A stretch of DNA of 64,000 nt from Cyanophyceae cyanobacterium (GCA_050331735.1 JBHJGN010000007.1:32001-96000), one strand, 5' to 3'; counted from the first letter of the stretch, positions 42,586 through 53,466 are shown. Notes: generated from the sequence alone by a model not told the origin. A program made the numbers and translations.

Positions 42586-43935
42586 TTACTGCTTATCGGT
42601 TGCGGTGCTAATTTCGTTATCTTCATGCTCTGATGGAGCATTAAATTTTGAATCGCGCTGAGGGTGTAATGGTTGTGGAGTCGAGGCTAGTTGAGGAACG
42701 TTCACTTCCAAGAGGTGTTCTAGATTCTTCTCGGTTGAAACTTCTGCTGGCCTATTCTCTAGCTGCTCTTGGACGGCTTGCATCTGCTGCTGAAGCTGCT
42801 CAGTCGTAGAGACAAGGCTGCTTAATCCTTCTACTAGTTCCCGCAGGTCGCTGCGGAAATTAGGGTCTCCGGTGAGTTCATCGAGATCGGCAGTGATTTT
42901 TTGGGTATTTTCAAAGGTGGCTCGGGCAGAATCTAAGGTTTCTTGAAGAACCACAACATTCGCCGGATCGTTAAAGCTTCCGGTGAGCTCGTTAAGGTCG
43001 GCGGTTATCTCAGCGGCGTTAGCGGTGAGAGTTTCTAAATTCTGAACGAGTTCCTGAGTATCAATGCCTTCGAGTTGAGCGTTGAGTTCCGATACTGTGC
43101 CTTCCAAACTCGTCACCAAATTACTCAGTCCACTACTGGTGTCGTCGAGCAGCAAATTCAGCTTCTCGCTGGTGCTGCCAAAGTTTCTCGTGGCGGTACT
43201 CACGTTTTCAAGAGTGGTTGACAACGTGCCTCGGTTCTCGGCGAGCAGACTATCAACGTTTCCCAACAGACGAGAGGTTTGATTGGCGGTTGTCGTTAGA
43301 GAATTAGCCGCATCGCTAAAGGTACTTATTTCCTGTCGAACTGTCCCCGATAGGGTTCCAAGTTCATCGCTGAGAGCCGCAATTCGGGTGGCGGCGATCG
43401 CCGTATTTTCAGCCGCCGCGTTCAGGTTATCGTAAAACTCCTGTCTGCCGTAGAGATTACTCAAACGGGCTAGAGTTGGAATTAGTTGCGGCCCGGATTG
43501 GCCCTGAACTCGCTCATTCTCGCAGATAATCAGGCTCGTATCGCATTCTGGACTAATCGGACTAGCAGATTGAATGGTTTCCGGCAGTTCTTCTTGGGGA
43601 GTAATATCAATCGATGATTCGCCGATTAATCCCGTACTGTTGGCCAGAATTTCGACATCCTGCGGAATTTCTAGAGTCGCTGGAGACATTTCTACCGTGA
43701 CATCAACCCCGTCGGTTCCGGGCCGAATCTCAGTCACTTCTCCTACTCGATAGCCACGAAAATTAACCGGAGCGCCCACCTGGACTCCGTTGACATCGGG
43801 AAACTCAATCACGATGTCGTAGCTTTCTTGACCAAATTCCAGATTACGCAGCCAAACAAAGAGTCCTCCCAAAGCCGCCACTCCGGCGATGGCGAGTAAG
43901 CCGACTGATCCTTCTCGAAGTGTACGCGATCGCAT
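42586..43935 (-). CDS. mlaD: MlaD/MCE family lipid transport protein (Ycf22/TGD2-like)
   Basis: REGSVGL, TM anchor, GAPVNFRGYRVGEV MCE domain, coiled coil. Confidence 0.85.
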   Translation of the reverse strand: MRSRTLREGSVGLLAIAGVAALGGLFVWLRNLEFGQESYDIVIEFPDVNGVQVGAPVNFRGYRVGEVTEIRPGTDGVDVTVEMSPATLEIPQDVEILANSTGLIGESSIDITPQEELPETIQSASPISPECDTSLIICENERVQGQSGPQLIPTLARLSNLYGRQEFYDNLNAAAENTAIAATRIAALSDELGTLSGTVRQEISTFSDAANSLTTTANQTSRLLGNVDSLLAENRGTLSTTLENVSTATRNFGSTSEKLNLLLDDTSSGLSNLVTSLEGTVSELNAQLEGIDTQELVQNLETLTANAAEITADLNELTGSFNDPANVVVLQETLDSARATFENTQKITADLDELTGDPNFRSDLRELVEGLSSLVSTTEQLQQQMQAVQEQLENRPAEVSTEKNLEHLLEVNVPQLASTPQPLHPQRDSKFNAPSEHEDNEISTATDKQ

Positions 43936-44095
43936 ATGCTTTCTCCTTCGTATCGTTTTTCTGAGCGTGTTGAGGCTGTGATACCGGTTGGTAGAATCAG
44001 TGAGAAATTCCTCGCAGTTGCTACAGAACCATCAACAATCAACAACTAACTAGGATGTAAACTGCTCTGCTATTGTCTTTAGAACTACTATCGAC

Positions 44096-44884
44096 TTAAT
44101 CAACCACTCGAATTGGTCCTTCTAGACTAGCGTTAAAGAATTGTCTAACCATCGGATGCTCGGTTGTGTCAATCTCGTCAACGTTTCCCTGCCACTGAAT
44201 TTTGCCTCCATACAGAAAAATGATCCGGTCAGCGGTACGGCGAATGGTGCTGCTTTGGTGGCTGACCATCACGTAGGTTCCGCAGATTCCTGCCGTACAC
44301 TGAAGCTGACGCACCAAATCCTCAATCACGGTTGAGGCAATTGGGTCTAGACCAGCGGTCGGTTCGTCATAAAGAATTACGTCGATCCGATCTTTGGGAT
44401 CGTCAGGATCGAACATCACGGCGCGGGCAAAGCTCACCCGCTTGCGCATGCCCCCAGAAAGTTCAGCCGGAGACAGATCTGCGGTTCCTTCTAACCCGAC
44501 CATTTCTAATCTTTCTGCCACTAGCTCCCGAATGCGCTGCTCTGGCAAATGGGAATGTTGGTACAGAGAAAACCCGACATTTTCCTGAACAGTTAAGGAA
44601 TCAAACAAAGCCGCCTGCTGAAAAACCATGCGGAGGTTAATTAAATCTTCTCCATCTTCAATTAATCCAGTCCGCCGTTCTCCCTTAATGTAAATTTCGC
44701 CTTCGTCTAAAGGCATCAAGCCAGCAATCATGCGGAGAATTGTTGATTTTCCCGTTCCGGAGGGACCAATAATGACTAACGCTTCTCCTTGATAAAGGGT
44801 GAGATCGATGTGGTCGAGAATTACCTTTTTCCCGAAAGACTTACAGGCTCCCTTAATCTCGATTAGCGGCTGAGCATCGGTCAT
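44096..44884 (-). CDS. mlaF: MlaF/TGD3-like ABC ATPase
   Basis: GPSGTGKS, VFQQAALFDSL, LSGGMRKRV, YDEPTAGLDPI; next to mlaD. Confidence 0.85.
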   Translation of the reverse strand: MTDAQPLIEIKGACKSFGKKVILDHIDLTLYQGEALVIIGPSGTGKSTILRMIAGLMPLDEGEIYIKGERRTGLIEDGEDLINLRMVFQQAALFDSLTVQENVGFSLYQHSHLPEQRIRELVAERLEMVGLEGTADLSPAELSGGMRKRVSFARAVMFDPDDPKDRIDVILYDEPTAGLDPIASTVIEDLVRQLQCTAGICGTYVMVSHQSSTIRRTADRIIFLYGGKIQWQGNVDEIDTTEHPMVRQFFNASLEGPIRVVD

Positions 44885-44912
44885 TCGTCATTCGTCCTTT
44901 GATTGTGACGAG

Positions 44913-45977
44913 CTATTCTGTCTCTATACCAAAGACGCGATTAAACGCTTTTTCTACTTTATACCCCGAGTCAATGGTTTCCAGCGGATCTTTCCGCAGG
45001 CGATGCCGCAGGCAGAGCGTAATCACTCGGCGCACGTCATCGACCTCTACTTCGGTACGCCCTTCAAAAGCCGCTAGCGCCATGGCTGCTCGATTAGTCA
45101 CGATGTCGCCTCGCAAACCATCAACATCTAGCTCCGAACAGACCTCAGAAATTTTGACCCGCAGCTCGTAATCGCTCTTGACCTGGGGCAGGAGGTGCTG
45201 CGCGCGCACGAGCCTTTCCTGGAGTTCGTCTTGCTGTTCCTGGTATTGTTCCACAAATCGTTGCGGATTGCTGTCAAACTCGGCTCGCTGCTCGACAATT
45301 TGCACCCGCAGATTCGGCTCTTTCACCGTATGAATCTCCGCGTGCATGCCAAAGCGGTCTAGCAGTTGGGGCCGCAGTTCCCCTTCTTCTGGGTTGCCCG
45401 AACCAACGAGCACAAACCGCGCCGGATGACGAATCGAGATGCCTTCTCGCTCAACGGTATTCCATCCGCTGGCGGCAGAATCGAGCAGAACGTCTACAAG
45501 ATGGTCATCAAGTAAATTGACTTCATCAACGTACAGAATGCCGCGATTGGCTTTAGCAAGCAAACCCGGCTCAAACGCTTTCACTCCTTCTGAGAGGGCT
45601 TTTTCAATATCGATGGTGCCGCACACTCGATCTTCCGTCGCGCCTAGAGGCAGGTCAACCATCGCCACTTTCTGTTGAACAATTTCTAGAGGAATCTGGT
45701 TCTCTAGCTGCTGTCGCACCGCATCGCTCATTAAATCGGGGTCTTCGGGGTCACTACTAAACGGATCGGCAGCCACAACATCGATCTCTGGCAGCAGGTC
45801 GGCAAGAGCGCGAATGGTCGTTGATTTGCCCGTGCCGCGATCGCCCATAATCATCACTCCCCCAATTTTGGGGTCAATGACGTTGAGCAGCAAAGCGAGC
45901 TTCATCTCGTCCTGACCGACAATCGCGGTGAACGGAAACACAACACGGGTTTTAGGAGGCGCTTGAACAGTAATCAT
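44913..45977 (-). CDS. chlI: Magnesium chelatase subunit I
   Basis: [36 protein letters not shown]. Confidence 0.97.
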   Translation of the reverse strand: MITVQAPPKTRVVFPFTAIVGQDEMKLALLLNVIDPKIGGVMIMGDRGTGKSTTIRALADLLPEIDVVAADPFSSDPEDPDLMSDAVRQQLENQIPLEIVQQKVAMVDLPLGATEDRVCGTIDIEKALSEGVKAFEPGLLAKANRGILYVDEVNLLDDHLVDVLLDSAASGWNTVEREGISIRHPARFVLVGSGNPEEGELRPQLLDRFGMHAEIHTVKEPNLRVQIVEQRAEFDSNPQRFVEQYQEQQDELQERLVRAQHLLPQVKSDYELRVKISEVCSELDVDGLRGDIVTNRAAMALAAFEGRTEVEVDDVRRVITLCLRHRLRKDPLETIDSGYKVEKAFNRVFGIETE

Positions 45978-46070
45978 AAAGTTTTAAGAAGGACTGTAGA
46001 GCCATCGATTACTTTGGCTCGCACACAAAGTGCTTTACTAATCGCTTATCGCCTTTCATTGTGCCACAAA

Positions 46071-46110
46071 GTCGCTCCGCGACGGGAAAAGGGTAAGGGG
46101 TAAGGGGGGA
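46071..46110 (+). repeat. Mini-hairpin GTCGC-TCC-GCGAC attached to G-rich heptamer repeats; family also at 60380-60392 (+) and 60577-60589 (-)
   Basis: Three copies with a TCC loop and covarying 5-bp stems. Confidence 0.65.
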
Positions 46111-46119
46111 TGAATCAGC

Positions 46120-46893
46120 TTATTCCGTCATCCTATATTCTTGTCTCGTCCCGCCGGGACAATTTCCCTTTCCCCATTCCATCGGGACAATAATATAGTT
46201 CGTGCTGTCTCCTAAAATTGTGTTCCGCTCTTGGCCCCAGTACCACCAGTGGGCAGCAACGTAGGCACAAATTAAGCTGTCGAGCTGATCTTCCGTCGCC
46301 TTGAGCGCTTTAGTATTTTCCGGGAAAGACAAGACAGGCAGGCTTGTTGGCGCGAGGGCGGGTACTTTCGTCGGGAGAATATCAACAATGTATTGATACA
46401 GCCGCTCCAGCTCTGCTTTTCGCTCGGCTAGCCGGCCTTTTTTGTATTTAATAATTCGCTGCAAGCCAAACAGATTAATGGTAGCTGGGTGAGGAAATAC
46501 TTCAATCTGGTATCTCCCTGGCTGTTGCGGCACAATGGTTGGCGCGTGGACAAAGCCGCGACGTTCTAAACAGCGTCCGAATTCAACGGTACGAGAGGCA
46601 AAAGGACGAGACAGATTGGCCGGGTAGCAGCCAGCATGGTAGCGACCAAAATATTGATGAGTCAGGCGATCACACAGCCGCATTCCGGTAGCGTTAGGAA
46701 TCAGGGTCGGAGCATCTACCGCCACCATTGCTGCTTCGGTTGGCTCTACCCAAGCATCAAGCCAGGTAAAGATTTCTGCTAAGAGCTGCTGTCGAGTCAA
46801 ATTTAAGAGCTGAAGCTGCTCGTGTTGCCACTGAAGGCAGCACAGTCCACTCGGACCCGAAACCCAGCCAAGATCGATGCCGATGAATTTCAT
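46120..46893 (-). CDS. DUF429 family protein (predicted RNase H-like nuclease)
   Basis: FIGIDLGW, VAVDAPT, IEVFPHP, EDQLDSLICA. Confidence 0.85.
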   Translation of the reverse strand: MKFIGIDLGWVSGPSGLCCLQWQHEQLQLLNLTRQQLLAEIFTWLDAWVEPTEAAMVAVDAPTLIPNATGMRLCDRLTHQYFGRYHAGCYPANLSRPFASRTVEFGRCLERRGFVHAPTIVPQQPGRYQIEVFPHPATINLFGLQRIIKYKKGRLAERKAELERLYQYIVDILPTKVPALAPTSLPVLSFPENTKALKATEDQLDSLICAYVAAHWWYWGQERNTILGDSTNYIIVPMEWGKGNCPGGTRQEYRMTE

Positions 46894-46946
46894 CCTGGTT
46901 GATGGTTGATTGTTCATCGTTCTTGAACTACTGAGGGATTGATCTG

Positions 46947-47101
46947 ATACCAATTAGAAAAAGTAATGAGATTGGTTGGTTGGGGAAAATAGTTCGGTGT
47001 CGGAACGGGTCAAGGGGAAGGGGAAAAGGGCACCAGTTTTTCCCAGTTAACTTCCGACTCTTTGAGAGTTTGGGGAACTCTCTGATTTTGATAAACGGTA
47101 T
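46947..47101 (+). repeat. MITE-like dispersed repeat copy 2
   Basis: Homologous to 29362-29511 in the opposite orientation. Confidence 0.75.
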
Positions 47102-47172
47102 GACTAAACTGAGAAATGCTAGCAGCTTAAATACCGTACTTTGATCGTTCTAGCTTCTGACGTCTGACTTTC

Positions 47173-48411
47173 CTAAAACAGCCGCGACTGTAAACAGCGA
47201 ACAATGCGAGCGGCGGCTCCGGGACTCCCCATCCGTTGTCGTCCATTCTCAGCGACGAGCTGTTGGCGCTGAGGATCGTTAAATAGCGATCGCATTGCGG
47301 CGGCGACTTGGTCAGGTCGCTCCACCAAAATAAAGGAAGGACCGAGTAAACGAGTATAGGCTTCGGCAAAGGCTGGCGTGAATTGAGGGCCAGCTCCTGG
47401 GAAAGTAATGACGGCTTTGCCTAACCCGACAAACTGCTCGGTTGCTGTTCCCGCCATTGAGATAGCGACATCTGCTGAGCGAAGGCAGTCGGCGTAGGCA
47501 GAGGAAGTAAGGAGGAGCGTGGCGTTGTGATGGGTAAAGGCAAGCGCCTGAGCCGGATTAATCGGGGAGTCAACGGAGTCGAGGGGCTGAGAATGCCAGA
47601 CCTCGGGGAGTAGTTGGGCAAAGTGGTTTAGGTCGAGGGAGGGAGCGATCGCGGCGAGAAATACTGCCGGCTCAGTTAGAGTGGTTCTAATATTCTCTAC
47701 AGCAGTAACGATCTGTCGCCAGTTCTGGTAGGCTTCTGGCGGTCTTGAACCGGGAAGCAGCAGCACCGTTAACCGCTGGTTTTTGAATCTCACTACTTCA
47801 GTAGCAATACCGTCCATCATCGGATTTCCCAAGTCAAAGGCCCCAATTCCCTGCTGCTGAAGCACTTTTGCGGTTAGGGAATCTCGGGGAAAAACGGCTC
47901 GACAGCGGCGGTCGCGCATCAGCCGCCGCTCCCAGGGGTAGTAAACTCCTGACCAGCGCTCTAGCCAGGAGGTTTGCGGATGCCACCCGGCCTCGTGCCG
48001 CAGATGGTATTCCGATTTGGCGGTGCCAATAAAAGCGTAGTTTGCACCGCTTAGCCAAGCAAACAGCAGCGGCACAACATCTCCCACGGCTAAAATTACC
48101 CCTCCCGTCCTCTGCCACTGCCGCACGGCCCGAAGCTGAGCGAGGCTCAGTCCTAGTAACCCTTGCTGCACGTCTTTCCATAACTGGAAACCGTCCATGT
48201 AGATAAATCCGCCCGAGGGCATGGTTTGCACCGGAGCGATCGCTGGAACGCCAAGTTTGGTGTAGGCATGTCCCTCACCGACCAGCGGTAAGGCGGCTAG
48301 CTCCAAATCCGACAACTGGAGCTGCTTAGCAATTTCGAGCGCAATCACATCTTCGCCGTGTCCATTGCTTAAGAACAGTAATTTTATTCCTGGCTTGCAC
48401 CGTTGCTTCAC
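47173..48411 (-). CDS. Lipid-A-disaccharide synthase-related protein (GT-B)
   Basis: SNGHGED, PSGGF, GNPMMD, LLPGSR, AGTATEQ. Confidence 0.85.
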   Translation of the reverse strand: MKQRCKPGIKLLFLSNGHGEDVIALEIAKQLQLSDLELAALPLVGEGHAYTKLGVPAIAPVQTMPSGGFIYMDGFQLWKDVQQGLLGLSLAQLRAVRQWQRTGGVILAVGDVVPLLFAWLSGANYAFIGTAKSEYHLRHEAGWHPQTSWLERWSGVYYPWERRLMRDRRCRAVFPRDSLTAKVLQQQGIGAFDLGNPMMDGIATEVVRFKNQRLTVLLLPGSRPPEAYQNWRQIVTAVENIRTTLTEPAVFLAAIAPSLDLNHFAQLLPEVWHSQPLDSVDSPINPAQALAFTHHNATLLLTSSAYADCLRSADVAISMAGTATEQFVGLGKAVITFPGAGPQFTPAFAEAYTRLLGPSFILVERPDQVAAAMRSLFNDPQRQQLVAENGRQRMGSPGAAARIVRCLQSRLF

Positions 48412-48520
48412 GATAGATTTACTAGCAATTCAGTTGATGACTTGTCAGAATAGACGAAATTCTCTGTTAACCCTAGCAGAACATCGGTGTCTCCTGATTG
48501 TCTGATCGCTAGATTACACT

Positions 48521-48877
48521 ATGGTTATTATTGTCTGTACGTGCAGTGTGCTCCTTGCTTTAGTGAACTGTCTCGTTGCCTGGTTCCTCTGGAGAGCGCG
48601 ATGCAGATTAATCGTTATCACCGAAACCCTCATCGTGCTTGAAGAAGCGGCGCGTTCAGTGCTCGTTCCTGCACCGCTAGCCATGACTAAAGCTCAACTA
48701 GGAGGAATGACCATCAAGCAACGCTATCGCACTATCAGCCGCTTACTGCGGCAGTTAAGGCTGTTGTTCTCTCTGCTCAGTTTGGGGTATACCATTTGGC
48801 AACAACAGGCAAGACGCAGATTGATTCAGGCGCTGTTGAGCGATCGCCAGCTAAATTCTTGGGGACGGCTCATCTAG
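48521..48877 (+). CDS. Hypothetical membrane protein
   Basis: 118-aa ORF with TM segments, first of a small co-oriented cluster. Confidence 0.55.
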   Translation: MVIIVCTCSVLLALVNCLVAWFLWRARCRLIVITETLIVLEEAARSVLVPAPLAMTKAQLGGMTIKQRYRTISRLLRQLRLLFSLLSLGYTIWQQQARRRLIQALLSDRQLNSWGRLI

Positions 48878-49066
48878 AAGCTTTGAACTCTTGTCTAGAT
48901 TTGAGTCGGCCTTCTTGATGCGTCAGGCATGTCTGCTGCCAAGAGGCGGAGACCCCTCATGGAGATCGCCTAACTTCCCCGACGAATCCGCCTAAAATTG
49001 AGGGTAGAGAGACCCCGTTCTAGAACAACGGGCCTTCTCTCACTTCGTGAAGCGTGGAGGCGAGAC

Positions 49067-49408
49067 ATGACCAAAACTAATCGAGCAAATGTATTTGTTG
49101 GCGGAATGCTGGTTGGCAGCACTATTGGCACTCTCATTGGGCTATTGATTGCTCCACGAACGGGGCGGGAGACGCGGCAAATTTTAAAAAAATCGGCGGA
49201 TGCTTTACCTGAGTTAGCTGAAGATTTATCAACCAGTGTTCAAATTCAGGCAGACCGACTCTCAGAATCGGCTCTGCGGAATTGGGACGAAACCCTCGTC
49301 AGACTCCGGGAAGCGATCACCGCGGGAATCGAAGCGAGCCAGCTAGAAACTACCGCGCCCGAAGCCCGCGAAATTCTCTCTGAAAGTTCTTCTGACAACC
49401 ATATTTAG
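49067..49408 (+). CDS. YtxH-domain protein
   Basis: GGMLVGSTIGTLIGLLIAPRTGRETR. Confidence 0.85.
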   Translation: MTKTNRANVFVGGMLVGSTIGTLIGLLIAPRTGRETRQILKKSADALPELAEDLSTSVQIQADRLSESALRNWDETLVRLREAITAGIEASQLETTAPEAREILSESSSDNHI

Positions 49409-49417
49409 GCAAGAAGC

Positions 49418-49870
49418 GTGACAGAACCTCTATTTTGGCTGGGACTTTCCCTCTTACTCGTTGCCGTTAGTCTCACGGCTGTGCTCGTCGTCGCCGTTCC
49501 TGCCTTACAGGAGTTAGCGCGAGCGGCTCGCAGTGCCGAAAAACTTTTCGATACCCTGGGACGAGAGTTTCCCCCTACCCTAGAAGCGCTCCGCTTAACC
49601 GGGTTAGAAATTACCGAACTGACCGATGACCTTAATGAAGGAGTGAGAAGTGCTTCAGGAATCGTCAAGCAAGTCGATCAGAGCCTTGGAGAGGCCAAAA
49701 ATCAGGTCAAAAACGTGCAGGCTAACACTCGTGGCATTGTTGCTGGGGTTAAAGTCGCTTGGCAAACATGGCAACGTCCTCCCAAACGCCATCTAGACAA
49801 TTCTCAGCAGTTCTTGGAGGAGCCGCCTGCTGAACTGCAAGCAGCACGACCACCGATTGGCGAGCCATAA
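49418..49870 (+). CDS. DUF948-like membrane/coiled-coil protein
   Basis: EPLFWLGLS TM segment, RAARSAEKLFDTL...PPTLEALRLTG. Confidence 0.7.
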   Translation: MTEPLFWLGLSLLLVAVSLTAVLVVAVPALQELARAARSAEKLFDTLGREFPPTLEALRLTGLEITELTDDLNEGVRSASGIVKQVDQSLGEAKNQVKNVQANTRGIVAGVKVAWQTWQRPPKRHLDNSQQFLEEPPAELQAARPPIGEP

Positions 49871-50008
49871 AGAAATCAGCTCGTCGGTTTTTTAGCAGAT
49901 CAGTGATCCGTTCTGGGCTTCGATCCCTTAGAATAAGATTAATAAATGTAAAGAAATTGAACTTTAATCGATAAATTTAGCTAAACAAACGTTTTGCTCA
50001 GAATCACT

Positions 50009-50812
50009 ATGCAAAAATCCTTGGTGCAATGCCTGACTGCCTGCTGTGCCGTTCTGATTGGGCTGTTTGCCTGGGTCGCTCATTCTCCGACCGCTGCGGC
50101 AGTAAATAACCCAGAACTGCTGCCTGCCGTAGAAACTCCCGTTGTTGACTTAGCCAACTTTCTCCCGTCCCTTCAGGAAGAATCGCTGATCGAGCAGATT
50201 AAAGAGTTTGAAGCCGAAACAGGCTGGAAGATGCGCGTTCTTACACAGTACGACCGCAGCCCGGGTCGCGCTGTGATTAACTTTTGGGGGCTAGATGATA
50301 AAAGTATTCTGCTGGTAGCCGATGCCAGAGGAGGCAACATTTTGGCGTTCAGCATTGGCGATGATGTGTATGAGTTTTTGCCCCGCACTTTTTGGATTGA
50401 GCTGCAAACTCGCTTTGGAAATCTTTACTATGTGAGGGAAAACGGAGAAAATAACTCGATTGTGAACGCGCTGGAGACTGTTCGCAGTTGCCTGAACCAA
50501 GGAGGCTGTCAGGTGGTTCCGGGACTCCCAAGAGAGCAGTGGATTCTCACCCTGATTACTTCTACCGTGGGTGGAGTCGTTTTTGGGCTAGCGGCTATTC
50601 CCCGCAAAGAAGGTCAAATTTTTGCCTGGCAGTGGGCGATGATTATGTCTCCACTCTGGGGGATTTTGTTCATCGCTTTTGGGATTGGACCGGTGGTAAC
50701 TCGCACTGCTGAATGGCTACCGCTCTTTCGCAACGTGCTCGGATTTATTATCGGTGCTTTAGTCGCTTATCTTTCTCCGGTATTCGGTCAGTCTACGCCC
50801 TCAGAAACTTAA
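50009..50812 (+). CDS. TPM-domain membrane protein
   Basis: Signal peptide, PVVDLANFL, FEAETGWKMRVLT, three C-terminal TM segments. Confidence 0.8.
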   Translation: MQKSLVQCLTACCAVLIGLFAWVAHSPTAAAVNNPELLPAVETPVVDLANFLPSLQEESLIEQIKEFEAETGWKMRVLTQYDRSPGRAVINFWGLDDKSILLVADARGGNILAFSIGDDVYEFLPRTFWIELQTRFGNLYYVRENGENNSIVNALETVRSCLNQGGCQVVPGLPREQWILTLITSTVGGVVFGLAAIPRKEGQIFAWQWAMIMSPLWGILFIAFGIGPVVTRTAEWLPLFRNVLGFIIGALVAYLSPVFGQSTPSET

Positions 50813-50834
50813 GCAGAGTAGCGTTTACCGTTCG

Positions 50835-52217
50835 TTACTGATCGAGGGGGAGGCGAACCTGAAAGCGCGTGTTTCCGGGTTCCGAGTCGAAGCGGATATT
50901 GCCTTGGTGACCGACAACAATACGCCGGACCGTATCGAGCCCTAAGCCGAGACCTTCCCCGACAGCTTTGGTGGTAAAAAACTGCTCGTAGATCCGGGGG
51001 GCGATTTCTGAGGAAATGCCGGTGCCGTTGTCAGCAATTTCGACTAAAATGCGATCGCCTTCCAAGGCTGTCCGAATCCAGATACGTCCCCGGCCTCCGA
51101 TTGCTTGCAGGGCATTGTCAATTAAGTTTGTCCAGACCTGGTTAAGCTGAGAGCCATAGGCGCAGATCCGGGGGAGTTGGCCATACTCTTTAATAATTTT
51201 GGCCTCCTTCAGCTTGTGGGAAAGAATCGTGAGCGTCTTCTCAAGGCCCTCATGAATGTCTACCATCTGTAGCGGTGCCCGATCCATATACGAGTAGTCT
51301 TTCATGGCGGCCACTATTTCCGAAATTCGCGCTGCACCGAGCTTGGTTTCTCTCAGGAGTTCTGTGCCAATGAGGGAGGCTTCTATCCAAACGAGAACGC
51401 TGTTGAGGTCAGGCGCCATTTGAGCAATTTTTTCGAGTTCCGCTCTATCTACCCCAGCGGCAACCAACGTCGGAGCAAGCTGCCAGCCGTGGGCAATATT
51501 TTTCTCTTCCAGCCAGTCGATGACGGCATCTTCTAATTCGCTTTGCTCAATCGGGTTGAGCTGAGAAAGATTTGGGGACCGCTGAGACAGTTGTTCGAGA
51601 AATTCGGTTTGTGCTGCCGTGAGCGGTTGTTGGTCAAGTGCTAACGCAGACAACTTCTGCCAGTTTTCCTCAAGATGATTGATCCCTCGCCGGACGGCAG
51701 CAGCGGGATTATTTAACTCATGGGCTAGTCCAGCCGACAAGGTTCCCAAAGACATCAGCTTGGCCTGCTGCTGCGTCACAGATTCGTGAATCTGCGATCG
51801 CTCCGCAGAGATCTTGAGAATATCGCGCAGAATTTTCGGACACAGCCTCAGCATTTCCCAAAAATCCTCGGGTTCAAGCTTGTAGAGGCACACATCTGTC
51901 ACGGCGCGTCCGCTGGTCGGGTAGGGTTCATCCAATAGCAAAATCAGCTCGGCAAAAACATCTCCGGTTTCTAGAGTGACCGCATGCACTTCCTGCTGTC
52001 CAACTTTTCTGGTCCAGTCCGTTATCCCTGATAAGATTACGTAAAATCCATCGGGAGGATCTCCTTGTCTGGCAATCTGCGCCCCTGCCTTGAACTCAAC
52101 TTTTGTCCCTGACGTTAAGCATTGCAATTCCTCCGCCGATAAGTGACAAAACAGCGGGACTTGTCGCAGACGTTCGCTGAGCGGCTCATTATCTGGTGGC
52201 GATTTTTTCTGGGTCAT
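50835..52217 (-). CDS. Cyclic-nucleotide-binding sensor histidine kinase
   Basis: N-terminal cNMP domain, AGLAHELNNP, LNQVWTNLIDNA, DNGTGI, GLGLGL. Confidence 0.9.
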   Translation of the reverse strand: MTQKKSPPDNEPLSERLRQVPLFCHLSAEELQCLTSGTKVEFKAGAQIARQGDPPDGFYVILSGITDWTRKVGQQEVHAVTLETGDVFAELILLLDEPYPTSGRAVTDVCLYKLEPEDFWEMLRLCPKILRDILKISAERSQIHESVTQQQAKLMSLGTLSAGLAHELNNPAAAVRRGINHLEENWQKLSALALDQQPLTAAQTEFLEQLSQRSPNLSQLNPIEQSELEDAVIDWLEEKNIAHGWQLAPTLVAAGVDRAELEKIAQMAPDLNSVLVWIEASLIGTELLRETKLGAARISEIVAAMKDYSYMDRAPLQMVDIHEGLEKTLTILSHKLKEAKIIKEYGQLPRICAYGSQLNQVWTNLIDNALQAIGGRGRIWIRTALEGDRILVEIADNGTGISSEIAPRIYEQFFTTKAVGEGLGLGLDTVRRIVVGHQGNIRFDSEPGNTRFQVRLPLDQ

Positions 52218-52323
52218 GTTTTCTCCTCCAACGCTGCCGGCTTAATTCTGGCTTGTCCTAGCAAGCATACTCAGACAAGACTAAACTACAGAAAGCTAAA
52301 AGCTAAGAGCCAGCCGCTAATCG

Positions 52324-53466
52324 CTATTGTCTAATCTGTACGGGCATCACTAAATAGGTCATCTTCACTCCCCCAAGAGGCATGAACACCACAGGCTGAT
52401 TAGCTTCATTCAGCTTCATCTGAATATCGTTAGCCGGAAGTGCTTTCAACCCATCCATAAGATACTTAATATTAAAAGCAATATCGATGCTGCCGCCGCT
52501 GATCTGAGCCGGGACTGATTCTTGAGCACTGCCCACGTCTCTGGCTTCTATAGACAGCAATAGTTGGCTCTCTTCGCTATTTAAGCTGAAGCGAATAATA
52601 TTATTTTTTTGATCTGATAACACCGCGACTAGCTCTAAACTGCTGAGCAGTCGTTTGCGCTCCACTGTTACCACTCGAGAAAACTGGTGCGGAATAAGCT
52701 GCTCGTAGGCGGGGTAGGTTCCTTCTAGCTTCCGGCTCGTTAAACGCTGTTCGCCTAGCTCAAACTCTACTTGAGTGTCGTCAAAATTGAGAATCACGGT
52801 GTCTGTCGAGGGCTGCATGGCCAGCATGCGCTCTAGTTCCCGTAAGGCTCTCGCTGGAATGGTAATTTCGTCAGCGTTGAGTCGGGTGTCGGGAGCAACG
52901 GGGGGTTCGACGACGGCCAAACGGTGTCCGTCGGTGGCAGCAAATTCCAACGTGTCTTGAGAGCGCAGATGAATGCCTGTGAGAACCTGTTTGGTTTCGT
53001 CGGCACTGGCGGCAAACAGGGTGCCTTTCAACCCTTCAACGAGCACCGATATTGGCAGGTGCAGGACTTGTCCTTCATCAATCAGAGGCAGTTGCGGAAA
53101 CTCCTGCGCCCCTAACCCCCGCACTAAAAAGCGACTAGAAGCAGATGTGAGAGTAGCCAGGGCCTCCTCTGCTGGCTCGTCTTCACAAAAAAGCGATACT
53201 TCTCCTTCTGGTAAGCGGGCAACGATGTCGCTCAGTAACTTGGCAGGTAGGGTAATTTTGCCTCCCTCCTCCACATCAGCAGGAAAATGAGTGCAGATCC
53301 CTAAACTCAAATCGAAGGCCGTTAAGCTAATCCGGCCTTTGTCGGCATCTGCAACGAGCAAAGCGTTTCCTAGAACTGGATGGGTCGGACGAGAAGGAAC
53401 CGCACGACCAATCAGAGACAAGTGGGTGTTGAGGTCACTCTGACTACAAACAAATTTCATCGGCAA
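52324..53466 (-). CDS. dnaN: DNA polymerase III beta clamp
   Basis: RPTHPVL, AATDGHRLA, IAFNIKYL, YLVMPVQ. Confidence 0.97.
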   Translation of the reverse strand: MPMKFVCSQSDLNTHLSLIGRAVPSRPTHPVLGNALLVADADKGRISLTAFDLSLGICTHFPADVEEGGKITLPAKLLSDIVARLPEGEVSLFCEDEPAEEALATLTSASSRFLVRGLGAQEFPQLPLIDEGQVLHLPISVLVEGLKGTLFAASADETKQVLTGIHLRSQDTLEFAATDGHRLAVVEPPVAPDTRLNADEITIPARALRELERMLAMQPSTDTVILNFDDTQVEFELGEQRLTSRKLEGTYPAYEQLIPHQFSRVVTVERKRLLSSLELVAVLSDQKNNIIRFSLNSEESQLLLSIEARDVGSAQESVPAQISGGSIDIAFNIKYLMDGLKALPANDIQMKLNEANQPVVFMPLGGVKMTYLVMPVQIRQ

